Source: Bdellovibrionota bacterium (GTDB lineage: Bacteria > Bdellovibrionota_C > UBA2361 > OMII01). From it: a stretch of DNA of 50,251 nt. The translations under genes were made by a program, and so were the position numbers. The DNA is taken from NCBI GenBank assembly GCA_044356215.1, contig JBIKWQ010000015.1:1-50251 (forward strand). The letters run 5' to 3'. Below are positions 18,540 through 28,260 of this stretch, piece after piece (within the stretch, counting starts at the first letter, position 1; each line of letters begins with the position of its first letter). Below the pieces are notes generated by a model that was not told the DNA's origin, searched no databases, and was given only the letters and a program-made list of their open reading frames with translations.

Positions 18540-21500
18540 ATGCGAAACACCGCGGTTAATACAAGGCAACAAGGCACGGCCGATCCGACTCGGGATGGCC
18601 GTCTGGATGCCGGCACTTACGCTTCTCCGGAAGTGCTAAAAATCCTGGTTGAACGCGACAACGCTTCCGGCCCGCTTATTGAACTAGATCCTTGTGGCTT
18701 TGTAGAGCAGCTTCTTTGCGGCAAAAACAATAAGTTTCCGATCGGTATTACACTAACCCAGCTTTCAAGGGAGATCTTCAAGCACATAGACTCGAAAGGG
18801 TTACCCAATAATCCCGAGTCCAGAGAGGCTTTAAAAGAGATCTTCTCCCCCACTCTTTTGCGACACGCTATCTGGCGCGCGCTAGGAGACTCATGGACGC
18901 ACGCACTTCCGCATGAGCTAGTGGCACTATGCTTTGTTTTTAACCCAAAGGAGACGCTACGAGAGATTAACTTTCTCAAGTTTCAACCTTATAAATCGGA
19001 GTGCAACGGGGCCGTTTGGTCTCGGGCCGCGAAGGGACTAATTCAGGGATGCCTGATTAAACCAACTCTCTGGGCGACCCTTGAGCCACGGCAAAAATCT
19101 CTTATTAAAGGCCCTGATATTATCGCGAACTATCTAAGAGATGCTCCCCTTGGTGAGCTAATCGAATTACCAGCGTCGTGTGTGAGAGCGGCGCTAAAGC
19201 TTAGAAAGCCACCATCTGAATTCGAACTAACAGATCAATCTATCTCCGTATGCAATCACTTGTATGAATCGAAATCTATACTAAGGACCCCAGGCCTTCT
19301 GCCGGTCCTTAGCTACCTGCGCGATATTGAGAAACCGCTGCCACTCAGACTGGTGGACAACGTAATAGACGCCATCCGAGGTGCCACTGCCGGAACTAAT
19401 AGGAGCTTGGACACATCTAACTGGGAGCTGTGCGAGAAAAATGGCGAGCCAAGGAGGGAGAGAGACCAGGCTGTTTATATCCGCCAGCACCTGATCGATA
19501 ACTTGATGAAATGGGAGGAGTTCTCTAGCCGCTTTTATCACTGCGACTCGAATAATTTCTTTGCGAATAAGGACCGGCTAGTCGCTGAGGCTAACTCAGA
19601 AGTAGAGAAGGTCCTGATGGCTTCCGGTAAGTTTACTCAAGCGGAGATCTACTCGGTTCTCGAATACCTGGGAAGCTTCGAAAAAGATTATGATCTGGAG
19701 CCGATAAAGGAGCTTGCTGAGTGTGTCCTAAATAAAAAACCGTATCAGGTCAGGTCAGCTATCTTGCCCTTAACGGAGATTGCGATTCTCTTCGCCGCCG
19801 GAAAAATTGAGCCTCAGTACCTAGTCACAGAGACCCTTCGCGGTAGGGGTGATGATTTCATGAATGTGCGTTGCAAGGAAACTCTACTGGGCGTCTTATT
19901 TAGAAACACCCAGCCATCAGAGGTATTCGATGAGCTTAAAGGTTCATTCGTCGGATCAATTGAGTTTTCAATCCCATGTCTAGCGAAGTGGGAGCACCTA
20001 CCCGAGAGGCCTGATCAACTTCTGTATAGAACCATCCTCGCGTTCGGAACCACGCTTTTTAGTGAATATGACGAGATAGCGAAAGTTCTAAGCGTCTGGC
20101 AACCAGCCCTAAAAGATGGGTTGTCTAAAGAGACAATCCCCGGGCTAACAAAGTATTTTTCACACAACGAGCTGTGTCGCGGCTTGTTTTACGCCCTAAC
20201 CAAGATTAGCAACACAGACGAGCGCTTTGTAAATTTGAGAGAAGATCTTCTTGAGAGACTCACAACTCGGGCCATCGATGAAGGATTCACCCGCGGTCGT
20301 CCTCTCGAAGAAACGATGAAACTGTTATACAGAAACTCCCCAAAAAAGGCATTGGAGCCGGCCGATCAGGAATCCGGTAAATTCTCGTATATCTGCTCAC
20401 TCAAGCTTTCCTCGGAGGAACTCGCATCATTCCCTGCCAACTACAAAGAGCTCGCTGAAAAAATAAATTACAGCTTGGGACGTCACCTCTCTAGTCTTAA
20501 TCTTGAGAACGCCCCATTTGTCTACTGCGACGACTCGTTATTTCAGGATTGGACCGCTCATGAAAAGAACGTTTTTCAGGGCGTTGCTTCTACTGACCAC
20601 AACCTAAATCGCGAGCAGGGTGCTATACAAAAGCTTATCCAAGCGGTCAAAATTATCTCTGATGCCAATAAAAACGGGGCCACCTTAGAGAATGTAAGGA
20701 GACGTTTAGCTAAGCGGGACCTGATCAAGTACTCTAAACACGAAATCAACCCAGCGGACGCGACAGCTTTCTACCTGACTAAATTTGGAATAAAGCCTCC
20801 GATTGAATTCGCGCCAATGAAACTGTTATCAGACGCCCTAGCCAAGAAAGATATGGGCTGGCGGTCGCGAAAACCGGATCTATGCTCAGCTCCTAAGAGA
20901 CACTTTTTAGAGGAAGAGCCGAAGCCAGAATATGTAGTAGCCAGACCCGCCGGAACCCTTCAAAATCTCCTCAAAAGATACTCACATGAGCTTCAAAAGG
21001 AGCTACCACTCCCCCATCGGCTAACCGTCTCAAAAGTTTTTTTTGGCCACTCAAGTGAGCGATGGGCGTTAACGGGACCCCTTTTCGAAAATAAATGGCG
21101 GATCGCGGGGGCGCTTATTGCAGTGTCAGCAGCCTGGTACGCCTCACGTCGAATTTGGCCAGACAACACTTCGCCGGGTGACATAGGCTCAGATCCGAGT
21201 TCCCCTGATGGCCTAACACCGAACGGACGAGTTCCTTCAGATGGAATACTGCTCGCTAAGACAAACTCTCCATTACCATCTAGGGAGCAAAGCTATTTAG
21301 TGCGAAGACTTATTGGTGCCGATTCAGCTGGCCCCTCACAACCGCCATTAAATTATCCGGGCTCTGATGAGCTGTATAAGATAATCGCCGATTCCGGAAA
21401 GGGGCGGCCTTATCGTAACATTGATATGTTGATCAACGAAGTTAGAAAGGGCTCTCTGATAGCCGCTCCTCTAGGGGCTCAAATAATTGATCCATCTGGA

Positions 21501-22823
21501 ACTATCATCGAGAATGGAGATGGGCGCTTTAGCGCTTTGAAGGACGCAAATGAGCTACCCGTAAGACTTTCAATACCCGACGGAATCCCTGAACTACTAG
21601 ATGCGGAAGCAATGGTTATAAGGAATAGGCTTGGCCAGCGACACCTCCCTCTATCAAAACCCCGCTTACCGTTTAGCGCTGTAAAAGAGCTTAGCCCACA
21701 GCTTGCCGAATATATCGAAACGGCTCGTAAGATGACGGCGGCGGAGGCCGCTGGGTACCTCAGAACAAAGGTAAGCGAGATCATAAAGTACGAGGAATCA
21801 CCCGAGTACAACACATTTTCCGGCTCATTCCACGACTACCTAGCGCTGATCTTTAAAAACGGCCGGGGCATCTGCGGACAATTCGCCTGTATCTACGATG
21901 AGGCTCTCAAGCACGCCGGCATACCAAGCGCCATCGTCTCGGCACTCGTACCTGAAAAAGATGGTGTTTCATACACAACGAGTGGGGGTCACGCGACTAA
22001 TCTGGTTTTTCTCCTTTCGCGGGAGGGCAGGATAGTTCCGGTTATTATGGACGCGACCGGCGCTGCTGCAGATGTCAATTCGCCGGTCCGTGAACAGCGT
22101 GACGGAATATCGTTAAAGGACTTAAAGCTACCAGCTACAGTCGCTGTAGCGACCGGACTAACAGGACTTTTCGTGGCCTTTTTAAAGAGGCGTGCGCAGG
22201 TAAGGGAGACAAAGATACTAGAGCGTCTGCAGCCGGATTCGGTTATTCATGAAGAGCCTGAGCCGGCTAAGCTCGAAGACGATCAGCCGGCTAATGAACC
22301 AAACGAGCCAACCACGACGGTTCAATCTAGAGGAGCGCTAGCGCGGGTTACTAAAGCGGAGGTGCTAGATAAATGGGAAATGAGCTTGAATTCAAATGAA
22401 AATGAGCGACGATATACGAATCAGCCAGCAGGCAAGTCATCTTTTGACTCAGATGAATTCGGAGGCAATTTCGAGTTTATGCTCAAAAATCAAAGTGAAG
22501 CTATAATAAACCGTGCTCGTGCGGTGGGGCTGTTGTGTGAAGTATTAAAGAAAGGGGGAATAGAACCAGATCGCGAGCTAGTCACAATACTCGATCTCTG
22601 GATACAAGCTATGAACGATCCAGAGTATCGGACCAAATGGATTGAGCATATCAATGAGTTTAAAAAGCCCGAGGGTAGGGCTCTTAAGATTTTTGCCAGT
22701 CACGTATTTCCGGAGCTCGGTGATTCTTTTGGAAGTGGATCGATGTTATCGCGATTTTTCACCACAAAGGCCCCAATCACCGAGGATCTCCTCTGCAGAT
22801 CCCTGGTGCCGCTTGGCAAATGA
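18540..22823 (+). CDS. Large membrane-anchored protein with transglutaminase-like domain
   Basis: GICGQFA..AGIPS (Cys 21873), GGHA (His 21990), IMDAT (Asp 22050) between two predicted TM segments. Confidence 0.75.
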   Translation: MRNTAVNTRQQGTADPTRDGRLDAGTYASPEVLKILVERDNASGPLIELDPCGFVEQLLCGKNNKFPIGITLTQLSREIFKHIDSKGLPNNPESREALKEIFSPTLLRHAIWRALGDSWTHALPHELVALCFVFNPKETLREINFLKFQPYKSECNGAVWSRAAKGLIQGCLIKPTLWATLEPRQKSLIKGPDIIANYLRDAPLGELIELPASCVRAALKLRKPPSEFELTDQSISVCNHLYESKSILRTPGLLPVLSYLRDIEKPLPLRLVDNVIDAIRGATAGTNRSLDTSNWELCEKNGEPRRERDQAVYIRQHLIDNLMKWEEFSSRFYHCDSNNFFANKDRLVAEANSEVEKVLMASGKFTQAEIYSVLEYLGSFEKDYDLEPIKELAECVLNKKPYQVRSAILPLTEIAILFAAGKIEPQYLVTETLRGRGDDFMNVRCKETLLGVLFRNTQPSEVFDELKGSFVGSIEFSIPCLAKWEHLPERPDQLLYRTILAFGTTLFSEYDEIAKVLSVWQPALKDGLSKETIPGLTKYFSHNELCRGLFYALTKISNTDERFVNLREDLLERLTTRAIDEGFTRGRPLEETMKLLYRNSPKKALEPADQESGKFSYICSLKLSSEELASFPANYKELAEKINYSLGRHLSSLNLENAPFVYCDDSLFQDWTAHEKNVFQGVASTDHNLNREQGAIQKLIQAVKIISDANKNGATLENVRRRLAKRDLIKYSKHEINPADATAFYLTKFGIKPPIEFAPMKLLSDALAKKDMGWRSRKPDLCSAPKRHFLEEEPKPEYVVARPAGTLQNLLKRYSHELQKELPLPHRLTVSKVFFGHSSERWALTGPLFENKWRIAGALIAVSAAWYASRRIWPDNTSPGDIGSDPSSPDGLTPNGRVPSDGILLAKTNSPLPSREQSYLVRRLIGADSAGPSQPPLNYPGSDELYKIIADSGKGRPYRNIDMLINEVRKGSLIAAPLGAQIIDPSGTIIENGDGRFSALKDANELPVRLSIPDGIPELLDAEAMVIRNRLGQRHLPLSKPRLPFSAVKELSPQLAEYIETARKMTAAEAAGYLRTKVSEIIKYEESPEYNTFSGSFHDYLALIFKNGRGICGQFACIYDEALKHAGIPSAIVSALVPEKDGVSYTTSGGHATNLVFLLSREGRIVPVIMDATGAAADVNSPVREQRDGISLKDLKLPATVAVATGLTGLFVAFLKRRAQVRETKILERLQPDSVIHEEPEPAKLEDDQPANEPNEPTTTVQSRGALARVTKAEVLDKWEMSLNSNENERRYTNQPAGKSSFDSDEFGGNFEFMLKNQSEAIINRARAVGLLCEVLKKGGIEPDRELVTILDLWIQAMNDPEYRTKWIEHINEFKKPEGRALKIFASHVFPELGDSFGSGSMLSRFFTTKAPITEDLLCRSLVPLGK

Positions 22824-22848
22824 GACTACTATCCCCTTATCGCCTTAA

Positions 22849-23649
22849 ATGAACGATCCTCTTCTTAAAAAATTATTAGATAACTCTCACCTCCCAACTA
22901 CGGGCGCTGATGAGCAGCTACTTTACTACACCCTTCAAGCATTTTCGCGTATACCTTACGAAAATATCTCTAAGATCGATTCTTTTAATGAGCTAGGAAT
23001 TAGATCGGCGAAGCACACCCCCGAGGAGCTGATCTCTAATTACATATCTAAAGGCACAGGGGGCACGTGCTTCCCGCTGACTCTAACTTTAGCACGTTTT
23101 TTAAACTCGCTTGGATACGAGGCGCATCCGATCTTAGCCGATAGACGCTATGGATCAGATACCCACTGCGCGGTTATTTTTCGCCAAAATGAATCACCCT
23201 GGCGAATAGTAGATCCTGGTTATCTGATCAATTCACCATGCGCCCTCCCCTCTGAGAACTTTAGCGTTCGCTATCAGCTAGGATTTACCACGATAGAGCT
23301 ACGCCACACCGGTAGAGATAAGAGAGTAGATCTCTTTACTAGTATCGGTTCCGCGGCCGAATCGCCGCGCTATAGATTGACCTACAAGATTGAGCCGATT
23401 GAAGAGACGCTCTTTGATTCAGCGTGGGATCGCTCTTTTGCATTTGAGATGATGGAGTACCCGGTTATCTCTCTAGCTCGCGGTGGGGCGCATATCTATA
23501 TTCAAAAAGACACTATAACAGTAAGAGATGGAGAGATAAAAAAGCGTCAAACTTTCTCGATAGAAGAGCTAGTTCTTGAAAGCGCTAAGCTTACTGGGAT
23601 AGATCGGGAGTTGCTGGGGAGGGTTGTTGGGCGGCGGGGTGAGCCATAA
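22849..23649 (+). CDS. Arylamine N-acetyltransferase family protein
   Basis: IPYENI, GGTCF, THCAV, IVDPGY (Cys-His-Asp triad). Confidence 0.85.
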   Translation: MNDPLLKKLLDNSHLPTTGADEQLLYYTLQAFSRIPYENISKIDSFNELGIRSAKHTPEELISNYISKGTGGTCFPLTLTLARFLNSLGYEAHPILADRRYGSDTHCAVIFRQNESPWRIVDPGYLINSPCALPSENFSVRYQLGFTTIELRHTGRDKRVDLFTSIGSAAESPRYRLTYKIEPIEETLFDSAWDRSFAFEMMEYPVISLARGGAHIYIQKDTITVRDGEIKKRQTFSIEELVLESAKLTGIDRELLGRVVGRRGEP

Positions 23650-23715
23650 ATCGGGGGGCATGTTTTCCCTTCTTTCTCCCCCTAATCCTTCTTATCCTCT
23701 TGCTACAAAATATAA

Positions 23716-23808
23716 TCTACATCGAGGTCACGGAGAGCCGCGAAGATTTTACTTTGCTCATTTCGTCAACATTCATCGCTCTGTGGCCCTCCGTGATCTC
23801 GATGTAGA
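23716..23808. repeat. Imperfect long hairpin repeat
   Basis: TCTACATCGAGGTCACGGAGAGCCGCG ... TGTGGCCCTCCGTGATCTCGATGTAGA. Confidence 0.8.
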
Positions 23809-23894
23809 CTCTAGGAAGAAGAGGAGATAGCTGTTCACAGGGAGCTTCTCCGCTCCCCGTCACTTCATGTAAAATCTTCTCTTGCCGCCATAGA

Positions 23895-24055
23895 CAGAGC
23901 GTCGCAGTGTTTTTGGTAAGCTGCTGAGACGATTAGTAAAATTTTTTACCACAGAGGACGCAGAGGACACAGAGAAAACCCCATAATTGCCCATAAAATG
24001 GCCGTTCTCTGTGTCCTCTGCGTCCTCTGTGGTGATAAAGAACTGCGACGCTCTA
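23895..24055 (-). mobile_element. MITE-like hairpin element, full copy with 14-bp flanking direct repeat (13/14)
   Basis: TIRs CAGAGCGTCGCAGT / ACTGCGACGCTCTA; flanks CTTGCCGCCATAGA (23881-23894) and CTTGCCCCCATAGA (24056-24069). Confidence 0.92.
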
Positions 24056-24101
24056 CTTGCCCCCATAGACACCCGCTCCCCACTTAGTAGATACTGAAAC
24101 G

Positions 24102-24635
24102 GTGCCTAACTCATCACGTTCTCCCAAAGTCAAATTATTCGTCGCTATCCTCGCGCGGCCGGAGATAGACCACAGCGAGACCGCGGCCATTTTGGCGGAG
24201 GTCTTTGGCTCAATTGATTATGCTGGCCCAAGGAAGCTCTTCGACTGCACTAATTACTATGAAGATGAGATGGGGTCAGGGCTTCTTAGAAGTATCATTA
24301 GCTTCACCGGCCCTCACTATGCGGAGATCCTTCCTGAAGCAAAACGTGCGTGCAATGAGATCGAGCGCGGCTGCGCAGTCGATCACGGCTCGGGCGAGCT
24401 AAAGAGGGTAGTAAATCTAGATATAGGATATCTAGATCACCATAAGGTTGTGCTGGCCAGCGCTAAGGGAGCTGGTCATAAGATCTATCTGGCAGACGGA
24501 ATCTACGCCGATCTCTCCCTGCGCTACTCACGGCGTGGATTCGAGCCTCTCCCGTGGACTTTTCCGGATCTAGCCGATGGGCGTTACAACGATGACTTTG
24601 TGGCGATTCGCCGGATTTTTATGGGGCGAGACTAG
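24102..24635 (+). CDS. DUF4416 family protein
   Basis: TNYYEDEMG, RVVNLDIGYL, LASAK, HKIYLADGIYADL, PWTFPD. Confidence 0.85.
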   Translation: MPNSSRSPKVKLFVAILARPEIDHSETAAILAEVFGSIDYAGPRKLFDCTNYYEDEMGSGLLRSIISFTGPHYAEILPEAKRACNEIERGCAVDHGSGELKRVVNLDIGYLDHHKVVLASAKGAGHKIYLADGIYADLSLRYSRRGFEPLPWTFPDLADGRYNDDFVAIRRIFMGRD

Positions 24636-24715
24636 CGGCTAAGAAATTGAGGGCTATCTCGCGTAAAGCAAGAGAATTATCTGCCCGAATTGTGTCGGTG
24701 ATGTCACTAATTTAA

Positions 24716-24781
24716 CAGGGCGTCTCTACGTTTTTGGTAAGCTACTGGGATTATTAGTAAAATATTTCCCACAGAGGACGC
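24716..24781 (-). mobile_element. Truncated, degenerate copy of the MITE-like element (one end only)
   Basis: CAGGGCGTCTCTACGTTTTTGGTAAGCTACTGGGATTATTAGTAAAATATTTCCCACAGAGGACGC aligns to the element end. Confidence 0.8.
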
Positions 24782-24884
24782 TTTTTTGTTCAGGATAATA
24801 GCTACTTTCCCGCACCCTCCCCGACCCTTCGCTCATCTTAAGATTCAAGCTTCGTGTTTATCTTTTGCAGTGAGCACCCGTTGT

Positions 24885-25766
24885 ATGTCCAGCAGTTTTG
24901 ACACCCCAAGAGTAAGACGTCGAACAGTCACACTTACTCACGATAAGATTATCAAAGATATTCCCTCATTATCTGAGGTACGGGTAATTAGATCCGCCGC
25001 TCAGCCGATAAAACAACCGAGGATCGATTATCAAGATCCGATCTTAGGCGCTGCCAAGACCCCAATATCAGAAACTCGGATTGCTAATCCACCGAACTCT
25101 TCTGTTAACGATGAACAGAGAGACAATCAATCAACTCGCGCAAAGGTTCAAACCGGCGCCAATGTGCTCGTCATTAACGCCAGCCAAGATACCGCCAGAG
25201 AGATAACCCTAGAGTTATCACGCACACTTCCTGGCTGCTCGATTCTCTTCGCGCCGACACTGCAACTAGCGCTCTGGATCCTAAAAAGAAGAACTATTGA
25301 TATCATATTATCGAGCGCGACTTTGCCTGATGGCCACCTAAGCAAGCTGCATGAATCATTAGAAGTGATGTCACCCCCTCCAGAGCTTGTGATCTTAAGC
25401 GATCTAACTACAACTAGAGCCGATCTCGGCTCGCATCCAGGCTACCGTTTTGTTGAGCTCCGCAGAGTTCAATCAAGCAAGCCGTATGCGGTAGCTAGCA
25501 AAGAGAGCGGCGCCACTCAGATATCAAGCCTGGGCGCGGATCTTCGAAATGATTTGAATAACCCACTGCAAGAGATAGTAGCCATGGCGTTTGTCGCCAC
25601 CTCAAGCACTGGATTATCTCCGGTGGCTGAAGAGGCTTTAAGCGCGATCCAACGCGCCGCTGCTAATATGTCGACTGTTGTAAATTCTCTGGAAGACAAG
25701 ATACGAAGCGTGGTTGAGAGCCCAAGCAGGATACTTAGTGTTGAGAGGCGTCAGGGTCGGCGATAA
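24885..25766 (+). CDS. Pseudo-receiver plus HisKA-like dimerisation domain protein, no ATPase domain
   Basis: VLVINAS...IDIILSSATLPDG (receiver-like), ADLRNDLNNPLQEI (H-box-like); start ATG 24885. Confidence 0.7.
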   Translation: MSSSFDTPRVRRRTVTLTHDKIIKDIPSLSEVRVIRSAAQPIKQPRIDYQDPILGAAKTPISETRIANPPNSSVNDEQRDNQSTRAKVQTGANVLVINASQDTAREITLELSRTLPGCSILFAPTLQLALWILKRRTIDIILSSATLPDGHLSKLHESLEVMSPPPELVILSDLTTTRADLGSHPGYRFVELRRVQSSKPYAVASKESGATQISSLGADLRNDLNNPLQEIVAMAFVATSSTGLSPVAEEALSAIQRAAANMSTVVNSLEDKIRSVVESPSRILSVERRQGRR

Positions 25767-27315
25767 GGGAGTTTTGGCTCTTGGTGAGGTTTTGTTGGTA
25801 GCGCTCTACATGTTGGGCTACTCTATTTATTGCACGCTTGATATCTCGCACCCTGGTACCAATCTCTTCCGCTATAGCCTCTGCATTTAGTCGCTTTTTA
25901 TAATTAACTTCTTCTGATGCCACGATCGCCTTGAGGCTCCCACTCAAGGAAGCCAATTTAATAGGGAGCTCAGTGCTCAGTAGGTACGCCTGAACATATT
26001 TGCCTCTATTTTTCGCGGCAGTGCAATCCCCCGTACTTATGAAATCTGTTAAGGCGTCGGCTATTTCCCAAGGATCGCCGGCTTCCTCAGGCGTCTCGTT
26101 GATCCTATCTTCAGTTGGACCGCCACTGGCACTACTCACAATGCTCTTAATGAATTCCCGAACGTGCTCCTTAATATAATAAACCTGACGCATTGTGATT
26201 CCATAATGGTTAGCTATTTGTTCGCGTAGCATCCGTTCAGCGTTCTTGCTTGGGCATTGTTCATTATGCGCAATAGCTTTCATTGTTCCAAATTGATTAC
26301 ATACGCCATCTCCCACGCCCCAATACGCTTGAAATATTTCCACGCACTTTAGCCTATGCTCTCTACTTTGATCATTTTTGGCCTGCGCTATATACAGCTC
26401 CAGCGCTTTGGTTATCTCTCTTAGCTTATCCTCTCTCTCCTCTCTCTCCTCTCGGCCAATAGCTTCATCCTCGGGCAAGGAGGCTCCGCTATCGGGGATC
26501 TTGTCAATAAAACTATATTCTTTTCCATTACCTGAGATGCCGGTGTAATTATTTATGGTTCTACGCTCAATCACCCCACCCCTATTAAGGCGCCCAGAAT
26601 ACTCCAGTATCTGTGCACATAGAGGAACGGAGAACTTATCATCAAGGTAATCTCGTTTTTGACTGGCTTTAGACTCGTTAAATGTAAAAAGCAGATTGAT
26701 AAAAAATTCGTGGCCTATTTTCGATTCGCTCGAAATCCTCCATCCTTTCTCTATTATTTTTTGCCGAGCCACGCTCTCTGTGCCCACAACAAGAGACTGA
26801 TAAGCATACCCAAGCGCGCTACTTACAATCTTTAGGTCCATGTGCTGGGTTATAAAAGTGGCTCTTTTAGAAAATCCCATCGTTCCTTCGTGTTCTTTAT
26901 GAAAGCTCCGCAGCTGCTCCGCCTTGTCCTCTCTAAGGACAAGCCACATTCGCAGCAGCGCGCTTCGAGCTTTGACGTCGAACTGTTCGGCTTGTCGATA
27001 TTCATTCCTTGCTATTCTTAGGCCGATACTCTCAATCGCATCGTTGAGCGCATCCTCACCGGCGTCGTTAAGTAGCCCTAGGACGTGATCAGATACACTA
27101 ATCCCCCCAGGTATTAAAAGCAGTTTTTTAAAAAGCTCTATATCTCGCGAGAGTTTCTGAAATATCGCCGGACTCACCTGCTGGTCCTCTTTCAACAGGC
27201 TCTCTAAGTCTCGGCGACTTCGCGATTCAAAAGATTCCCAGTCAATAGAGGATGCGTCAGGTCCGGCTCGTCGATCGCCGACTGGATTGTTGTTGGTAGG
27301 GCCTAGAGTGTCCAT
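25735..27315 (-). CDS. Hypothetical protein with sigma-factor region 3/4-like segment and two HTH-like motifs
   Basis: FIDKIPDSGASLPEDEA, EQIANHYGITMRQVYYIKEHV, EAIAEEIGTRVRDIKRAINRV; start 27315 or 27360. Confidence 0.65.
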   Translation of the reverse strand: MDTLGPTNNNPVGDRRAGPDASSIDWESFESRSRRDLESLLKEDQQVSPAIFQKLSRDIELFKKLLLIPGGISVSDHVLGLLNDAGEDALNDAIESIGLRIARNEYRQAEQFDVKARSALLRMWLVLREDKAEQLRSFHKEHEGTMGFSKRATFITQHMDLKIVSSALGYAYQSLVVGTESVARQKIIEKGWRISSESKIGHEFFINLLFTFNESKASQKRDYLDDKFSVPLCAQILEYSGRLNRGGVIERRTINNYTGISGNGKEYSFIDKIPDSGASLPEDEAIGREEREEREDKLREITKALELYIAQAKNDQSREHRLKCVEIFQAYWGVGDGVCNQFGTMKAIAHNEQCPSKNAERMLREQIANHYGITMRQVYYIKEHVREFIKSIVSSASGGPTEDRINETPEEAGDPWEIADALTDFISTGDCTAAKNRGKYVQAYLLSTELPIKLASLSGSLKAIVASEEVNYKKRLNAEAIAEEIGTRVRDIKRAINRVAQHVERYQQNLTKSQNSLIADPDASQH

Positions 27316-27400
27316 ACTCGGATTAGATAATAACCTTTCTGAATCTCTCACAAACACCACGGCTACTCTTCTTTTCGAGGACTCTATTTTGTTAGATTTA

Positions 27401-27418
27401 TGTTAGCTAGTCCTAACA
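27401..27418. promoter_or_regulatory. Palindromic TGTTAG-N6-CTAACA box in a divergent intergenic region
   Basis: TGTTAGCTAGTCCTAACA, near-identical to 17211-17228. Confidence 0.5.
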
Positions 27419-27568
27419 GAGGGTGTTTTATCGTTGCGTTTAGTAGCCTTCTGCCGCGTATTAAGGGCCCTGTCCCAATCTTTTCTCCATGGCGAATTTC
27501 TAATCGACTCCTAACGTTAAGATTATAGATCTGCAAAGAATTGAGATTTACATTCAGGGAGTGATTTT

Positions 27569-28228
27569 ATGAAGTTATGCACAATCCCAGATAATCCTGG
27601 CACTCGGCAGCGAAACGACGAAACCTTATTGAGTTGTTTAGCCGAGGAGAACGGTAATGGTAATCTAGCGCAGCTCCGAAATAATGAGCCTCTACCCGTT
27701 ATCTTGAGCAATCTCAAAAATCAGCTATATCAATTTAGTATTCTTAAACGTGCGGTTAATGCATTAGATGTAATCGAGAAGCTTGAGGATAAGCGCCGCA
27801 AGCTGGGGGAATCTAAGGCAGTGCTTTTAGATATTAGAGAGAAGCTCGCACAGGACGATTCACTTAACGATCAGGCGCTAAAGCCAATAGCCGAGAGACT
27901 CTATCCTCATATTAGCGAATGGGCTTACATTCCAAGCAGCGATGAGTTAGCGAAAGAAGCGGATAAGCAGATTAATCTGCTGTACTCTGAAAACAATCAA
28001 GCAGTGAAGGCTATCGCTCAACAAAGAATGAGTATAACCGAAATTTTTAAAGACCCATGTTTGGCGAGTTCGAGCGATGATTCGTCCACTCGGATCGTCA
28101 GCGATGACCAAATTAGGATCTGGTATAGCGACAAGAGAGATACTTGCCGAAACCTTTTTAAACAGCTTGATCTAAACATCGTCGATTATTTAGGATATGC
28201 CGCGGACGATTTCCTGAACGATTTCTGA
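27569..28228 (+). CDS. Hypothetical protein
   Basis: 219-aa ORF with GGGAG RBS; helical, coiled-coil-like composition. Confidence 0.7.
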   Translation: MKLCTIPDNPGTRQRNDETLLSCLAEENGNGNLAQLRNNEPLPVILSNLKNQLYQFSILKRAVNALDVIEKLEDKRRKLGESKAVLLDIREKLAQDDSLNDQALKPIAERLYPHISEWAYIPSSDELAKEADKQINLLYSENNQAVKAIAQQRMSITEIFKDPCLASSSDDSSTRIVSDDQIRIWYSDKRDTCRNLFKQLDLNIVDYLGYAADDFLNDF

Positions 28229-28260
28229 TCTAGCGCCGGAATCCAAGGCAATTACTGATT

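Noticed and set aside
23860..24072. ORFs 23860-24072 and 43817-44095 sharing TTEDAEDTENGHFMGNYG
   Set aside because: Translations of the MITE itself with unrelated flanks and no RBS; no evidence of a real peptide family.
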